From the NCBI GenBank assembly GCA_028826165.1, contig JAPDFW010000142.1, positions 55,125-119,124 on the forward strand: a stretch of 64,000 nt of DNA, in the 5' to 3' direction. Source of the stretch: Anaeramoeba ignava BMAN (taxonomy: Eukaryota > Protista > Anaeramoebae). The translations under genes were made by a program, and so were the position numbers. Positions 37,469 through 49,830 of this stretch are shown here, piece by piece. The notes beneath the pieces are model-generated. The model saw only the letters and a program-made list of their open reading frames with translations. It was not told the DNA's origin and did no database searches. Every line of letters begins with the position of its first letter. The stretch's first letter is position 1.

Positions 37469-37999
37469 TTTAAATTTTAAAATTAAAAAAAAAATGAAAA
37501 TTAAAAAATGAAAATTAAAAATGAAAAAAATATTTTACTTGATTTTTATTCAAATTTAATTCATAATTTTTCATTCATTCCAATTCTCTAATTTTATAAA
37601 GAATTTTTATCATCTCGATTTAAGAAGAATATCGGAAAAAAAAAGAAGATACTAAATTTTTAGAAATTCAAACAATAGAAGAAAAAAAAAAGATTATAAT
37701 TTATTTTCCAAATGAATAAAAAATATTTTCTTCTTTTTTCTTCTTTAAAAGTATTCAATAATAAATTCCTAAAGATTAAATGAAAGAGATTGAAAATTAA
37801 TTTCTGTAATTAAATATTTAACAAAAAATAAGAAGGTAAAGAAAGCAGTTTAATGATAAAGTTTTTAAAAAATAGTTTTTTTTTTCTAAAAACTTTGGAT
37901 TTTCTTTAAAAGATGTAAATTAAGATGTTTCTTTTTTTTTTCTTTTTTTTTTTTTCTTTAATTGATTAAAAGCTTCTAAAAAATTAGAGGAAAGTAAAA

Positions 38000-39586
38000 T
38001 TATTTTTTTGAATGTAAAGAATTAGAATTAGAATTAGAATCTTTAATTGAATGGTCATGTCTTGATTTTTCTAAACGTTTTAAATCATGAGTGTGAACAT
38101 TATCATTTTCAGTACTTTTTCTTTTATCGGTTTCTTTAACCGATTTAATTTCAGTTTTAAAGTCTTCAACTTGTTTTTTAAGAATAATATTTTGATTTTT
38201 AAGTTGATCAATTTCTTTCGAGAATTGAGTAATAGTATGAATTAAATTGAGTTGATTTTTTTCTTTTTCTTCTTGTTCTTTTAATTCTTTTAATTTTTGT
38301 TCTTTTAACTCTTTTAATTTTTGTTCTTTTTCGTTTAATTCGTTTAATTCCTTGAGTTTTTGTTCTTTTAGTTGTTGTTCTTTTAGTTCTTTTTCTTTTA
38401 ATTGCTGTTCTTTTAATTGTTGTTCTTTTAATTGCTGTTCTTTTAATTGCTGTTCTTTTAATTCTCTTGATTCATTTGATTCTGTTGATTGTGTTGATTT
38501 ATCCTTTCTTCTTTTCACTTCATTTTCCATTTGATCATCTGAAAAAGAGCTTGAATCATTTTTTCTTAAATCATGTTTTCTTGAATCATGTCTTCTTGAA
38601 TCATGATCACGAGAGCTCCCTTTGTGATTATGATGATGATCACGATGATGACTATGATGATGATGATTATGATGGTTATGATGATGATGGCTATGATGAT
38701 GGTGCTTGCGAGACTGAGAATTCTCTTTATCACTTAAAGAATTATCACTTGATTCATTTGATAAGTCATGTTTAAAATGTCGATATTTTTCAGATGAAAA
38801 AAAACGGTCTTGATTTTTTGAATATTCAACTCTCAAATATTTATTCCTCCACAAATAATCATTGCGATCACGGATTGGATCGCATCCTTTGGTAATATTG
38901 ATTGAAACAAATGCATAGCTATTTTTCATGTTGATATCTCTAACATAGCCAAATGGTGCAAACAAATTAAGAATATCGCTTCTTCTTGTGTCTCTGGGAA
39001 AATTTGTCACAAAAAATTCTGTTGGAATTTTTTCATTATTAAAAATTTCTCGATTTTTTCTGTCCTTTTCATCTCGAGAAAGTCTGTAATAATCTCGATC
39101 AAATCTGTAGTTTCTTTCTTCATCCGATCGATCTTTATCATGAATACTTCTTTTTGAGTATTTGATTTCATAACTATTTTCATCGGATGATTCTTTATCA
39201 GAAGAATATTTATTTCCATTTCTTGATTCCATTGATTCATCTGAATCAGATTCATGTTTATGATATTGATATTTGTGATTAAATTTTTCTTGATTAAAAT
39301 TTTCTTCATGAAAATTTCTTTCATTAAAATTTTCTTGATTAAAATTTTCTTGATTAAAATTTCTTTGATTAAAATTTTCTTGATTATTCCTTTCATTTTC
39401 ATAATAAATTGGGATTTTTGAACGAGGTATTTGATTTTTTATATTTTCTTCAATCCCATATAAATTTTGTTCTGAATTTTCTTTTGTATTTATTTCTGGT
39501 TTTTCGTTTTGTGTTTCTATTGTAGGTTGATTTTCAAATGGAGTATTTGTGAAAAATCTTTTTTGTTTTGTAATTGAATGATTCAT
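38000..39586 (-). CDS. RRM-containing SR-like protein with His-rich tract and C-terminal coiled coil
   Basis: FFVTNFPRDTRRSDILNLFAPFGYVRDINMKNSYAFV…LRVEYSK resembles an SRSF-type RRM; poly-His; (LKEQQ)n. Confidence 0.75.
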   Translation of the reverse strand: MNHSITKQKRFFTNTPFENQPTIETQNEKPEINTKENSEQNLYGIEENIKNQIPRSKIPIYYENERNNQENFNQRNFNQENFNQENFNERNFHEENFNQEKFNHKYQYHKHESDSDESMESRNGNKYSSDKESSDENSYEIKYSKRSIHDKDRSDEERNYRFDRDYYRLSRDEKDRKNREIFNNEKIPTEFFVTNFPRDTRRSDILNLFAPFGYVRDINMKNSYAFVSINITKGCDPIRDRNDYLWRNKYLRVEYSKNQDRFFSSEKYRHFKHDLSNESSDNSLSDKENSQSRKHHHHSHHHHNHHNHHHHSHHRDHHHNHKGSSRDHDSRRHDSRKHDLRKNDSSSFSDDQMENEVKRRKDKSTQSTESNESRELKEQQLKEQQLKEQQLKEQQLKEKELKEQQLKEQKLKELNELNEKEQKLKELKEQKLKELKEQEEKEKNQLNLIHTITQFSKEIDQLKNQNIILKKQVEDFKTEIKSVKETDKRKSTENDNVHTHDLKRLEKSRHDHSIKDSNSNSNSLHSKK

Positions 39587-39744
39587 TTAAAAAAAGAAAA
39601 ATGAAAAATGAAAAAATGAAAAAAAAAATAAAAAAAAAAATTTTTTCTTCTTTTAAAAAAATAAAAAAGGAGAAAAATTTTCTTTTCCAATTTTTTACTT
39701 TCTTAATTTAAGGAAAATTTCAATCCAAAATTACAAACATTTAT

Positions 39745-41590
39745 AAATATCAATTTAAATATCAATATCAATATCAATATCAATATCAATATCAATATCA
39801 ATATCAATATCAATATCAATATAAATATCAATATAAATATAAATATAAATATAAATATAAATATAAATATAAATATCAATATAAATATCAATATCAATAT
39901 AAATATAAATATAAATATAAATATAAATATAAATATCAATATCAATATCAATATCAATATAAATATCAATATCAATATAAATATCAATATTCAATATCAA
40001 TATAAATATAAATATCAATATCAATATCAATATAAATATCAATATCAATATCAATATCAATATCAATATAAAATATAAATATAAATATCAATATAAATAT
40101 AAATATAAATATCAATATCAATATCAATATCAATATCAATATCAATATCAATATCAATATCAATATCAATATCAATATCAATATCAATATCAATATCAAT
40201 ATCAATATAAATATAAATATCAATATAAATATCAATATCAATATCAATATAAATATCAATATCAATATAAATATAAATATCAATATCAATATCAATATTA
40301 ATATCAATATCAATATAAATATAAATATAAATATAAATATAAATATAAATATAAATATAAATATAAATATAAATATCAATATAAATATAAATATCAATAT
40401 AAATATCAATATCAATATAAATATCAATATCAATATCAAATATCAATATCAATATCAATATAAATATCAATATAAATATAAATATAAATATCAATATCAA
40501 TATAAATATAAATATCAATATAAATATCAATATCAATATCAATATAAATATCAATATCAATATAAATATTAATATCAATATAAATATAAATATCAATATA
40601 AATATCAATATCAATATCAATATAAATATCAATATAAATATAAATATCAATATAAATATTAATATCAATATCAATATAAATATAAATATCAATATAAATA
40701 TAAATATCAATATAAATATCAATATAATTATAAATATAAATATAAATATAAAATATAAATATAAATATCAATATAAATATAAATATAAATATAAAATATA
40801 AATATCAATATAAATATCAATATCAATATAAATATCAATATAAATATAAATATAAATATAAATATAAATATAAATATAAATATAAATATAAATATAAATA
40901 TAAATAATATCAATATCAATATCAATATAAATATCAATATAAATATAAATATCAATATAAATATAAATATAAATATAAATATAAATATAAATATAAATAT
41001 CAATATAAATATCAATATCAATATAAATATAAATATAAATATAAATATAAATATAAATATAAATATAAATATAAATATAAATATAAATATAAATCTAAAT
41101 ATAAATATAAATATAAATATAAATATAAATATAAATATAAATATAAATATAAATATAAATATAAATATAAAATAAATATAAATATAAATATAAATATAAA
41201 TATAAATATAAATATAAATATTAATATCAATATCAATATAAATATCAATATAAATATAAATATAAATATAAATATAAATATCAATATCAATATCAATATC
41301 AATATCAATATCAATATAAATATAAATATCAATATAAATATAAATATCAATATAAATATAAATATAAATATAAATATAAATATAAATATCAATATAAATA
41401 TAAATATAAATATAAATATAAATATAAATATAAATATAAATATAAATATAAATATAAATATAAATATCAATATCAATATCAATATCAATATCAATATAAA
41501 TATAAATATCAATATAAATATCAATATCAATATCAATATAAATATAAATATTAATATAAATATCAATATTAAAATAAATATCAATATAAA
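39745..41590. repeat. Hexamer microsatellite (AATATC/AATATA)n, ~1.85 kb
   Basis: Mosaic of two hexamers; causes the many IDID/IFIL spurious ORFs. Confidence 0.95.
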
Positions 41591-41666
41591 AATATTTTTT
41601 CATTTTTCATTTTTTCATTTTTAATTTCATTTTTAATTTCATTTTTAATTTTAATTACTTTTTAAA

Positions 41667-42107
41667 ATGAAACAAAACCTTAAATTATTGGTTTTGTTTA
41701 CTCTTTTCCTTTCTTTCATAATTTCAGTTCAAAATAAAACAGAAAAATCAGAAAAACCTTATGTTTTTATTCAATATATTTCAGGTAAAAAAAATAATTT
41801 TAGATTTTTAAAATTTCATTTGATTCAATCATTAATTTGATTTGATTAAGATGAATTCCTAATGAATATTTATTCAATCATGATTTTGTTTTTGATTTTA
41901 AAAGGATGACATCAAAATAGAATTGCAAATTCAATTAAGGATTTTTTCATTTCAGAAGGATATTCAGTTATTCTTGACCCCTTTTATTTAGAATCTCAAG
42001 CAACTTTTGATGTGTATTTTGAGAATGGAAAATTTTTATGGGCTTATTCTCAAGAAAAGTCTTTACCAACTTTAGAAAAAATTCAAGAAAGATTTCAAAA
42101 TCTTTAA
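41667..42107 (+). CDS. Selenoprotein, Rdx (SelW/SelT/SelH-like) fold, signal peptide, 106 aa, Sec at residue 41
   Basis: Exon 1 41667-41784 (G|GTAAA), exon 2 41905-42107 (AAAG|GA TGA CAT…). Protein: MKQNLKLLVLFTLFLSFIISVQNKTEKSEKPYVFIQYISG-U-HQNRIANSIKDFFISEGYSVILDPFYLESQATFDVYFENGKFLWAYSQEKSLPTLEKIQERFQNL. The TGA at 41907-41909 is followed by 65 open codons and a SECIS. Confidence 0.85.
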
Positions 42108-42119
42108 AAAATTTTTTTT

Positions 42120-42228
42120 TTTCTTTTTTTATTTTTTTTCTTGATAAATGAAAATAATCACTTAAATTCCTTTTTTTTTGGAATTGTGATTATTTGAGAA
42201 TTAAGGAAAAAAATAAAAAAGAGAAAAA
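42120..42228 (+). promoter_or_regulatory. Eukaryotic type II SECIS element
   Basis: A-UGAA (42148-42152)/UGAG (42195-42198) core with tandem G.A pairs; AAATAATCAC 42152-42161 pairs perfectly with GTGATTATTT 42186-42195; unpaired AAA 42164-42166; apical mini-stem TTCC/GGAA; lower helix TTCTTGAT/ATTAAGGA. Confidence 0.88.
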
Positions 42229-42397
42229 CTTCATTTTTTGATTTTGATTTTGATTTTGATTTTGATTTTGATTTTGATTTTGATTTTAATTTTGTTTTTG
42301 ATTTTGATTTTGATTTTGAATTTGATTTTGAATTTTTTTTCATTTTTTTTTCATTTTTTTTTTTGGAATTTAAAAAAATTGTTTTTTTTTTGTTTTT

Positions 42398-44119
42398 ATG
42401 GAATTAATTCTTGATTCAGATAATGGAAAAGAAGAGAAAAATCCTTCTAAAATTTTTATTTGTTTAATTGGATCAGAAAATATTGGAAAAACTAAAATTT
42501 TTCATAGATATTTTGATAAAAAATACACAAAATCATATATTCAAACAATTGTTCTTGATTTAGATTCAGATTTAATATATATTAAAGGGTTACAAATTAG
42601 AATATTTGTTTGGGATTTTTCAGGAAGAGGTTTAATTTGAATTTTGAATTTGATTTTGATTTTAATATTGATTTTAATTTTGATTTAGATTTTAATTTTA
42701 ATTTTAATTTTAATTTTAATTTTGAATTTTAATATTGATTTTAATATTGATTTTGATTTTAATTTTGATTTTAATTTTAATTTTAATTTTAATTTTAATT
42801 TTAATTTTAATTTTAATATTAATTTTAATTTTAATTTTGATTTTAATTTTAATTTTGATTTAGATTTTAATTTTAATTTTAATATTGATTTAAATATTGA
42901 TTTTAATTTTAATTTTAATTTTGAATTTTGAATTTTAATATTGATTTTGATTTTGAATTTAAATTTTTTAGAGACTTATTGGGAAATTGCACAAAGTAAT
43001 TGAATTGAATTTAATTTAATTTAATTTAAATGTTTAAAATATTATATAAATATTTTGTAAATAAAAGTGTATCTTGAAGGAAAACATGGTTTCTTACTTT
43101 GTTATGATATTACAAATAGAACTTCATTTGAAAAGATCCAAACTTATTATGAAAGAATTGAAAAAGGAATTTCTCATACAACTATCAAATATTTAATTGG
43201 AACAAAATGTGATTTAGAAAATGAAAGAAAAGTTTCAAAAGAAGAAGCTCAAAATCTTGCAAATCAATTAGGAATTAAATTTTATGAAGTTTCTGCAAAA
43301 AACAAAATCAATATAAATGAATGTTTTAATGATTTGGCAAATGATATTTTGGATATTTGGGATTTTTTTGATTTTCCTGTTGGTTTCATTTCATTTGAAA
43401 AAATTTATTTAGTTGATTCAATTACTGAAGATATGAAGAAATTTTTTGAAAGAAAAGAATTTTGTGATTTTGAAATTGAATGCAAAGATGAAAAAAATAA
43501 TCAAATAACCAAAATCCCAATTCATAAATTTTTTGTTCAACATCGTTTGAAAATGGATTCAAATCAATTTAATAATAAATTTCTTAAATTTGTTACTGAA
43601 AATTCAAAAAAAGATGTAGAAATTTTATTAGAATCAATTTATACAGGAAAAACAGAAAATATTCCAAATTATTTAATTTTCAAAGAATTTAAATTAAAAT
43701 TTACAGAATATCTTGGAACAAATTATAAATTTGGAAGAAAAGAATTAATAAATGATTTAAAGAAATTAATGAATGAAGAAACAAGTAAAGATTTTGAAAT
43801 TATTTTGGGAAATGAAACAATCAAAGTTCACAAATTAATATTAATAATAAGAAGTGAATTATATCGAGGAATGTTTTTATTTGTAACAGAAGATAAATCT
43901 AATTCTGTTCATGATTATAGTAACAAAAAACCAGAAACTATCAAAACATTAATTAATTTTCTTTATACAGATGAAATTCCAGAAAATTTAAACAAAAAAA
44001 TATATCAAGAATTAATTGAATGTGTTGATTATTTCCAATTAAATCCAAAAATTACAGATAATTTAAACAAAAGAATTGAAAAGAATAAGAAAAAAAAGAA
44101 GAAATGCAAAATATTTTGA
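42398..44119 (+). CDS. Rab/Ras-like small GTPase fused to tandem BTB domains, polybasic tail plus CaaX (copy 1)
   Basis: Exons 42398-42629, 42972-42995 (24 nt), 43068-44119. GSENIGKT, WDFSGRETYWEIAQMY, CYDITNRTSF, GTKCD, EVSAK; BTB motifs; KKKKKKCKIF. Confidence 0.87.
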
Positions 44120-44164
44120 TTTATTTTATTTTATTTTTTTCATTTTTTTTTCTGAAATATTATC

Positions 44165-45583
44165 ATGTCAAATACAAAACAAAAACATTTTGGAAGAATA
44201 CTTTTTGTTGGAAGAGAAGAAGTTGGAAAAACTTGTTTAATTGCAAGATATTGTGAAGATAAATATAAAAATGATCCTCAACCAACGATTGGAGCAGATT
44301 TTAGTACAAAAATTATTGAAATTGGGAATGATAGTTATGTTATTCAATTTTGGGATACTTCAGGAAGAGGTTAATTTGAAAAAAAGTTTTGTTTTATTTG
44401 CTTTTTTTTTCTTTATTTAAATATAAAAATTTTTTTGCTTTTTTTCTTTTAGAAGATATTTCTGAACTTATTACAAGTATTTCTTAAAAAGAAAAAATTA
44501 TTTCAAAAAAAAAAACAAAACATTATTTTTCTTTTGAATTAAGGATTCTTTCCACAAAATCAAGCTTCTGCACTTTGTTATGATATTACAAATAGAACTT
44601 CATTTGATGAAATTTTATCTTTTAAACAAAGAATTGAAAAATCACAAAAAGGAAATACAATTTTCTTTTTAATTGGAACAAAATGTGATTTAGAAAATGA
44701 AAGAAAAGTTTCAAAAGAAGAAGCTCAAAATCTTGCAAATCAATTAGGAATTAAATTTTATGAAGTTTCTGCAAAAAACAAAATCAATATAAATGAATGT
44801 TTTGATGATTTAATAAATGATATTTTGGATGTTTGGGATTTTTTTGATTTTCCTGATAAAAACGAAAACATTTATTTAGTTGATTCAATTACTGAAGATA
44901 TGAAGAAATTTTTTGAAAGAAAAGAATTTTGTGATTTTGAAATTGAATGCAAAGATGAAAAAAATAATCAAATAATCAAAATTCCAATTCATAAATTTTT
45001 TGTTCAACATCGTTTGAAAATGGATTCAAATCAATTTAATAATAAATTTCTTAAATTTGTTACTGAAACTTCAAAAAAAGATGTAGAAATTTCATTAGAA
45101 TCAATTTATACAGGAAAAACAGAAAATATTCCAAATTATTTAATTTTCAAAGAATTTAAATTAAAATTTACAGAATATCTTGGAACAAATTATAAATTTG
45201 GAAGAAAAGAATTAATAAACGATTTAAAGAAATTAATGAATGAAGAAACAAGTAAAGATTTTGAAATTATTTTGGGAAATGAAACAATCAAAGTTCACAA
45301 ATTAATATTAATAATAAGAAGTGAATTATATCGAGGAATGTTTTTATCTGTAACAGAAGATAAATCTAATTCTGTTCATGATTATAGTAACAAAAAACCA
45401 GAAACTATCAAAACATTAATTAATTTTCTTTATACAGATGAAATTCCAGAAAATTTAAACAAAAAAATATATCAAGAATTAATTGAATGTGTTGATTATT
45501 TTCAATTAAATCCAAAAATTACAGATAATTTAAACAAAATAATTGAAACAGTAGAAAAAGAAAAGAAATGCAAAATATTTTGA
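44165..45583 (+). CDS. Rab/Ras-like small GTPase fused to tandem BTB domains with CaaX (copy 2)
   Basis: Exons 44165-44369, 44453-44476 (24 nt), 44544-45583. GREEVGKT, PTIGADF, WDTSGREDISELITR, GTKCD, EVSAK; EKEKKCKIF. Confidence 0.87.
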
Positions 45584-45684
45584 TTTATTTTATTTTATTT
45601 TCTTGCTTTTTTTTTGGGGATTAAAAAAAAGGGAAAAAGAAATATTAATAATTAATAATTCATTAAAAAAAGAAAAAAAGAAAA

Positions 45685-48600
45685 TCATTTTGGAAATTGT
45701 TCTAAAATTTCAAGAATTTCTTGAAAAGAAGGTCTTTTGTCAGGATTTTGGTCCCAACATTGAATAATCAATTTCTTCCAATTTCTATCATCAACAAGAG
45801 AAATATCAGGTCTTTGTCTTCTATATCCAACATTTAAAGCAATTTCAACAGGATCTGAAATTCCTCTAAAAGGGAAATCGCAAGTGTAAATTTCCCACAA
45901 AACAATTCCATAAGAATAAATATCAGCTTTATGATTATAATTTTCATTGAGAAATAATTCTGGTGCCATCCAACAAGCTGTACCACGAAATGCAGTCATT
46001 TTGAGACTTTCCTCAAAAATTCTTGACAATCCAAAATCACAAATTTTTGCTCTTCCAAAATCATCCATTAAAATATTAAAACTTTTCAAATCTCGATGAA
46101 TAATCATCTTTGGTTTTGTAAGATGAAGATAATTCATTCCACTAGCAATATCTCTTGCAATTTGCAGTTTAGTGACGTGAGGGAATCGAGAATTTGATTT
46201 CAAATCACCTTCATTTTTCCAAAAGTTTTTAGTGATAAATTTTTCGTGAAGAAAATCATAAAGCGTTCCTCCTTTTAAAAATTCAGTCACAAGGAAAATA
46301 TTAGGAGGGTTTGTGCAAGCTCCTAAAAACAACACAATATTTGGATGCCTTGCCTTGCTGAGCATCAAAACCTCTCTTTTAAACTGGTTCAAATAGTCTC
46401 CTGTTTTGTATTCAGATTTGATTCTTTTAACCGCAACTTGAATTCCTCTCCAACTTGAACGATATACTTTTCCATAAGAACCTGATCCAACTTCCTCAAT
46501 ATCCACAATTTCATCAGGTTCAATTTCGTTATAAGAATCGGAGATGATTTGCTGTGTCATTTTTAGTGTTTCCATTTCTTTTTGCATCTCCATTTTTTTG
46601 GATTCCAATTCCTCAAATTGTTTTTTTAATTCGTCAATTTTTTCTTCATAATATTTTTTTTTGCTTTCCACTTCCAATTTTTCTTCTTCCAATTCTTGGA
46701 AATCTGTTTCTGTCATAATTAAAGAATAATTCAGTGTATTTTCGTTTAAGTTTTCTTCTTGTTTTTTTGGATTTTTTATAGATTTTTCAATTTGCATTAA
46801 ATTATCAATATTTTCATTTTCATTTTCATTTCCATTTTCATTTTCAATTCTTTGTTTTGTTCGCAAATGTATTTTTTTTTTGGATTGATTTTCTTGATTT
46901 AATTTTTGCAAAAATTTATATGGAAGCAACCACATTATTTTTTGCGATTTTTGGTTTTGAAGATATTCGAAAATTGCTGGAATTCCTTGAGAAATTAAAC
47001 TAATTGGTGGATTAATAAGTGGATTATTTTCAAGATTAAGTGATTTTAAGTATTTGAGATGAGATATTTTTGAAGGAAGAAAAAAAATCTCATTTGAACT
47101 TAAATCTAATTGGAAAAAAAAAATAATATAAAAATATTAATAAAAGAAGATCAATTTTGATAATTATATTTTTTTTTTGGAAATAACTACTTAATTCTTG
47201 TAATGAATTCATTAAATAAATTTCTGAAGGAATAAATGAAATTTGATTTTGACTTAAATTAAGACATAATAATTGTTCCATTTTTGCAAATTCTTTTGGG
47301 AAAAAAACGAGTGAATTATTGACTAATGATAATTTCTTTAATTTCTGAAGTCTGAACAATGATTTATCTAATTTTGATATTTGGTTGTGATCCAAAACTA
47401 ATTCTTCCAATGAAATGAAGTTTCTTATTTGATAAGAAATTGATTTAATTTGGTTATAATCCAATTTAAGAATTTGGAGATTTGGAAGTTTTCCAATTGT
47501 TTTTGGGAAACTAGAAATGTTATTTTTGCTTAACCATAAAATTTCCAGAGATTCAAATCCAGAAATGTGTTCTGGAAGTTTTTTGATTGAGTTATTATTT
47601 AAGTAAAGTATTTTGATTGATTTTAAATGTGATATTTGTTCAGGAAATTCTTCGATATTGTTATTGCTTAATTCCAATTCTTTGAGAGAAGATAAATCTG
47701 AGAATTCTTGAGGTAAAGTTTGAATTTTGTTATCATTTAGATATAATTCTTCTAATTTTTGGAGTTTTCCAATCTTATATTTAAAATTTATTATTAAATA
47801 TTATTATTAAATATTTTTAAATATTATTAAATATTATTATTAAATATTTTAAATATTATTAAATATTATTATTAATTATTATTATTAAATATTATTATTA
47901 AATATTATTATTAAATATTATTATTATTATTAAATATTATTATTTTTAAATATTATTATTAAATATTATTATTAAATATTATTAAATAATAATATTATTA
48001 AATATTTTTAAATATTATTATTATTAAATATTATTAAATAATATTATTAAATATTATTAAATAATATTATTAAATAATATTATTAAATATTATTAAATAA
48101 TATTATTAAATATTATTAAATAATATTATTAAATATTATTAAATAATATTATTAAATATTATTAAATAATATTATTAAATATTATTAAATAATATTATTA
48201 AATATTATTATTAAATATTATTATTAAATATTATTAAATATTTTTCAAGAAAATACCTTAGGACTAATTTCTGTAATTTCATTAAAAGATAATCCTAATT
48301 GTTTCAAATTCAATAAAGCACCCAAACAACTAGGAAAAGAATCCAATTTATTTCCACCTAAATCTAATCTAAATAACTGTTGACAATTAGAAATCTGAAA
48401 AGGAATTTCTTTCAATTCATTATCAGTAAGATAAAGTTCTTGCAAATTTGATAATCTTCCAATATTACTTGTTAAAACACGCAAATGATTTTGACAAATA
48501 CTTAATTTAACAAGATTTGTTAAATTAGAAATTTCATTAGGAAGTGACAAAAGATAATTTTTATTCAATAATAAAGTATTTAAATTAATAAGTTTTCCAA

Positions 48601-48856
48601 TTTCTTGAGGTAAATATTCAAGTTGATTATTTGATAAAATCAATGTGTTTAAATTAATAAGTTCTCCTATTTCTTGTGGTATTTTTATTAATTTATTTTC
48701 TTGAAGGTTTAAATGCTTTAATTGTGTTAATTTTCCAATTGTTGGTGTTAATTGAAGTAATCTTAATTTTGATAAATCAAGTTCTTCTCTTTGATTTTTT
48801 TCTGCTTCTTTTATTATTTGATATACACTTTTCTTTTTCTCTTTATTTGGATTCAT
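45685..48856 (-). CDS. Leucine-rich-repeat plus coiled-coil plus TKL (MAP3K-like) protein kinase
   Basis: LxxLxLxxNxLxxLP repeats in ORFs 48245-48856 and 47090-47677; GSGSYGKV, VAVK, HRDLKSFN, DFG, WMAPE; introns near 48258-47777 and ~47189-47105. Confidence 0.9.
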
Positions 48857-48979
48857 TTTTTTTTTCTTTTTTTTTTTTATTTGAAAAAAATGAAAAAAAT
48901 GATTTTTGAATTTAAAATAAATTTTTTTCCCTTTTTTAAAAAAAAATTTTTTCCATTCCCTTTTTTATTCCCTTTTATA

Positions 48980-49830
48980 ATCAATTTTAAATCAATTTTA
49001 AATTAATTTTATATTAATTTTAAATCAATTTTATATCAATTTTATATCAATTTTAAATCAATTTTAAATCAATTTTAAATCAATTTTAAATTAATTTTAT
49101 ATCAATTTTAAATCAATTTTATATCAATTTTAAATCAATTTTATATCAATTTTAAATCAATTTTAAATTAATTTTATATTAATTTTAAATCAATTTTATA
49201 TCAATTTTATATCAATTTTAAATCAATTTTATATCAATTTTAAATTAATTTTATATCAATTTTAAATCAATTTTATATCAATTTTATATCAATTTTATAT
49301 CAATTTTATATCAATTTTATATCAATTTTATATCAATTTATAATCAATTTTAAATCAATTTTAAATCAATTTTAAATCAATTTTATATCAATTTTATATC
49401 AATTTTAAATCAATTTTATATCAATTTTAAATCAATTTTATATCAATTTTAAATCAATTTTATATTAATTTTATATCAATTTTATATCAATTTTATATCA
49501 ATTTTATATCAATTTTATATCAATTTTATATCAATTTTAAATCAATTTTAAATCAATTTTAAATCAATTTTATATCAATTTTATATTAATTTCAAATCAA
49601 TTTTATATCAATTTTAAATCAATTTTAAATCAATTTTAAATCAATTTTAAATCAATTTTATATCAATTTTATATCAATTTTAAATCAATTTTATATCAAT
49701 TTTAAATCAATTTTATATCAATTTTATATTAATTTTATATCAATTTTAAATCAATTTATAATCAATTTTAAATCAATTTTAAATCAATTTTATATTAATT
49801 TTAAATCAATTTTAATTCAATTTTTAAATT
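48980..49830. repeat. 11-bp minisatellite (ATCAATTTTAT/ATCAATTTTAA)n
   Basis: Two-variant 11-mer tandem array. Confidence 0.92.

Noticed and set aside
39703-41603. Multiple long ORFs (IDID/IFIL/LYLY)
   Set aside because: Translations of a hexamer microsatellite that lacks stop codons in some frames.
41907-41909. Genome-wide TGA reassignment (e.g. to Trp)
   Set aside because: TGA terminates actin and both Rab-BTB genes at their conserved C-termini, and Trp is encoded by TGG throughout.
41849-41921. Alternative acceptors for the selenoprotein intron
   Set aside because: AG at 41919-41920 skips the TGA but shifts frame to a stop after about 22 codons. AG at 41849-41850 keeps the TGA in frame but inserts 18 intron-like residues into the active-site motif. 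Neither removes the case for Sec.
42158-42343. 61-aa minus-strand KSKS ORF
   Set aside because: Derived from a (GATTTT)n tract and overlaps the SECIS-bearing 3' UTR; no coding features.
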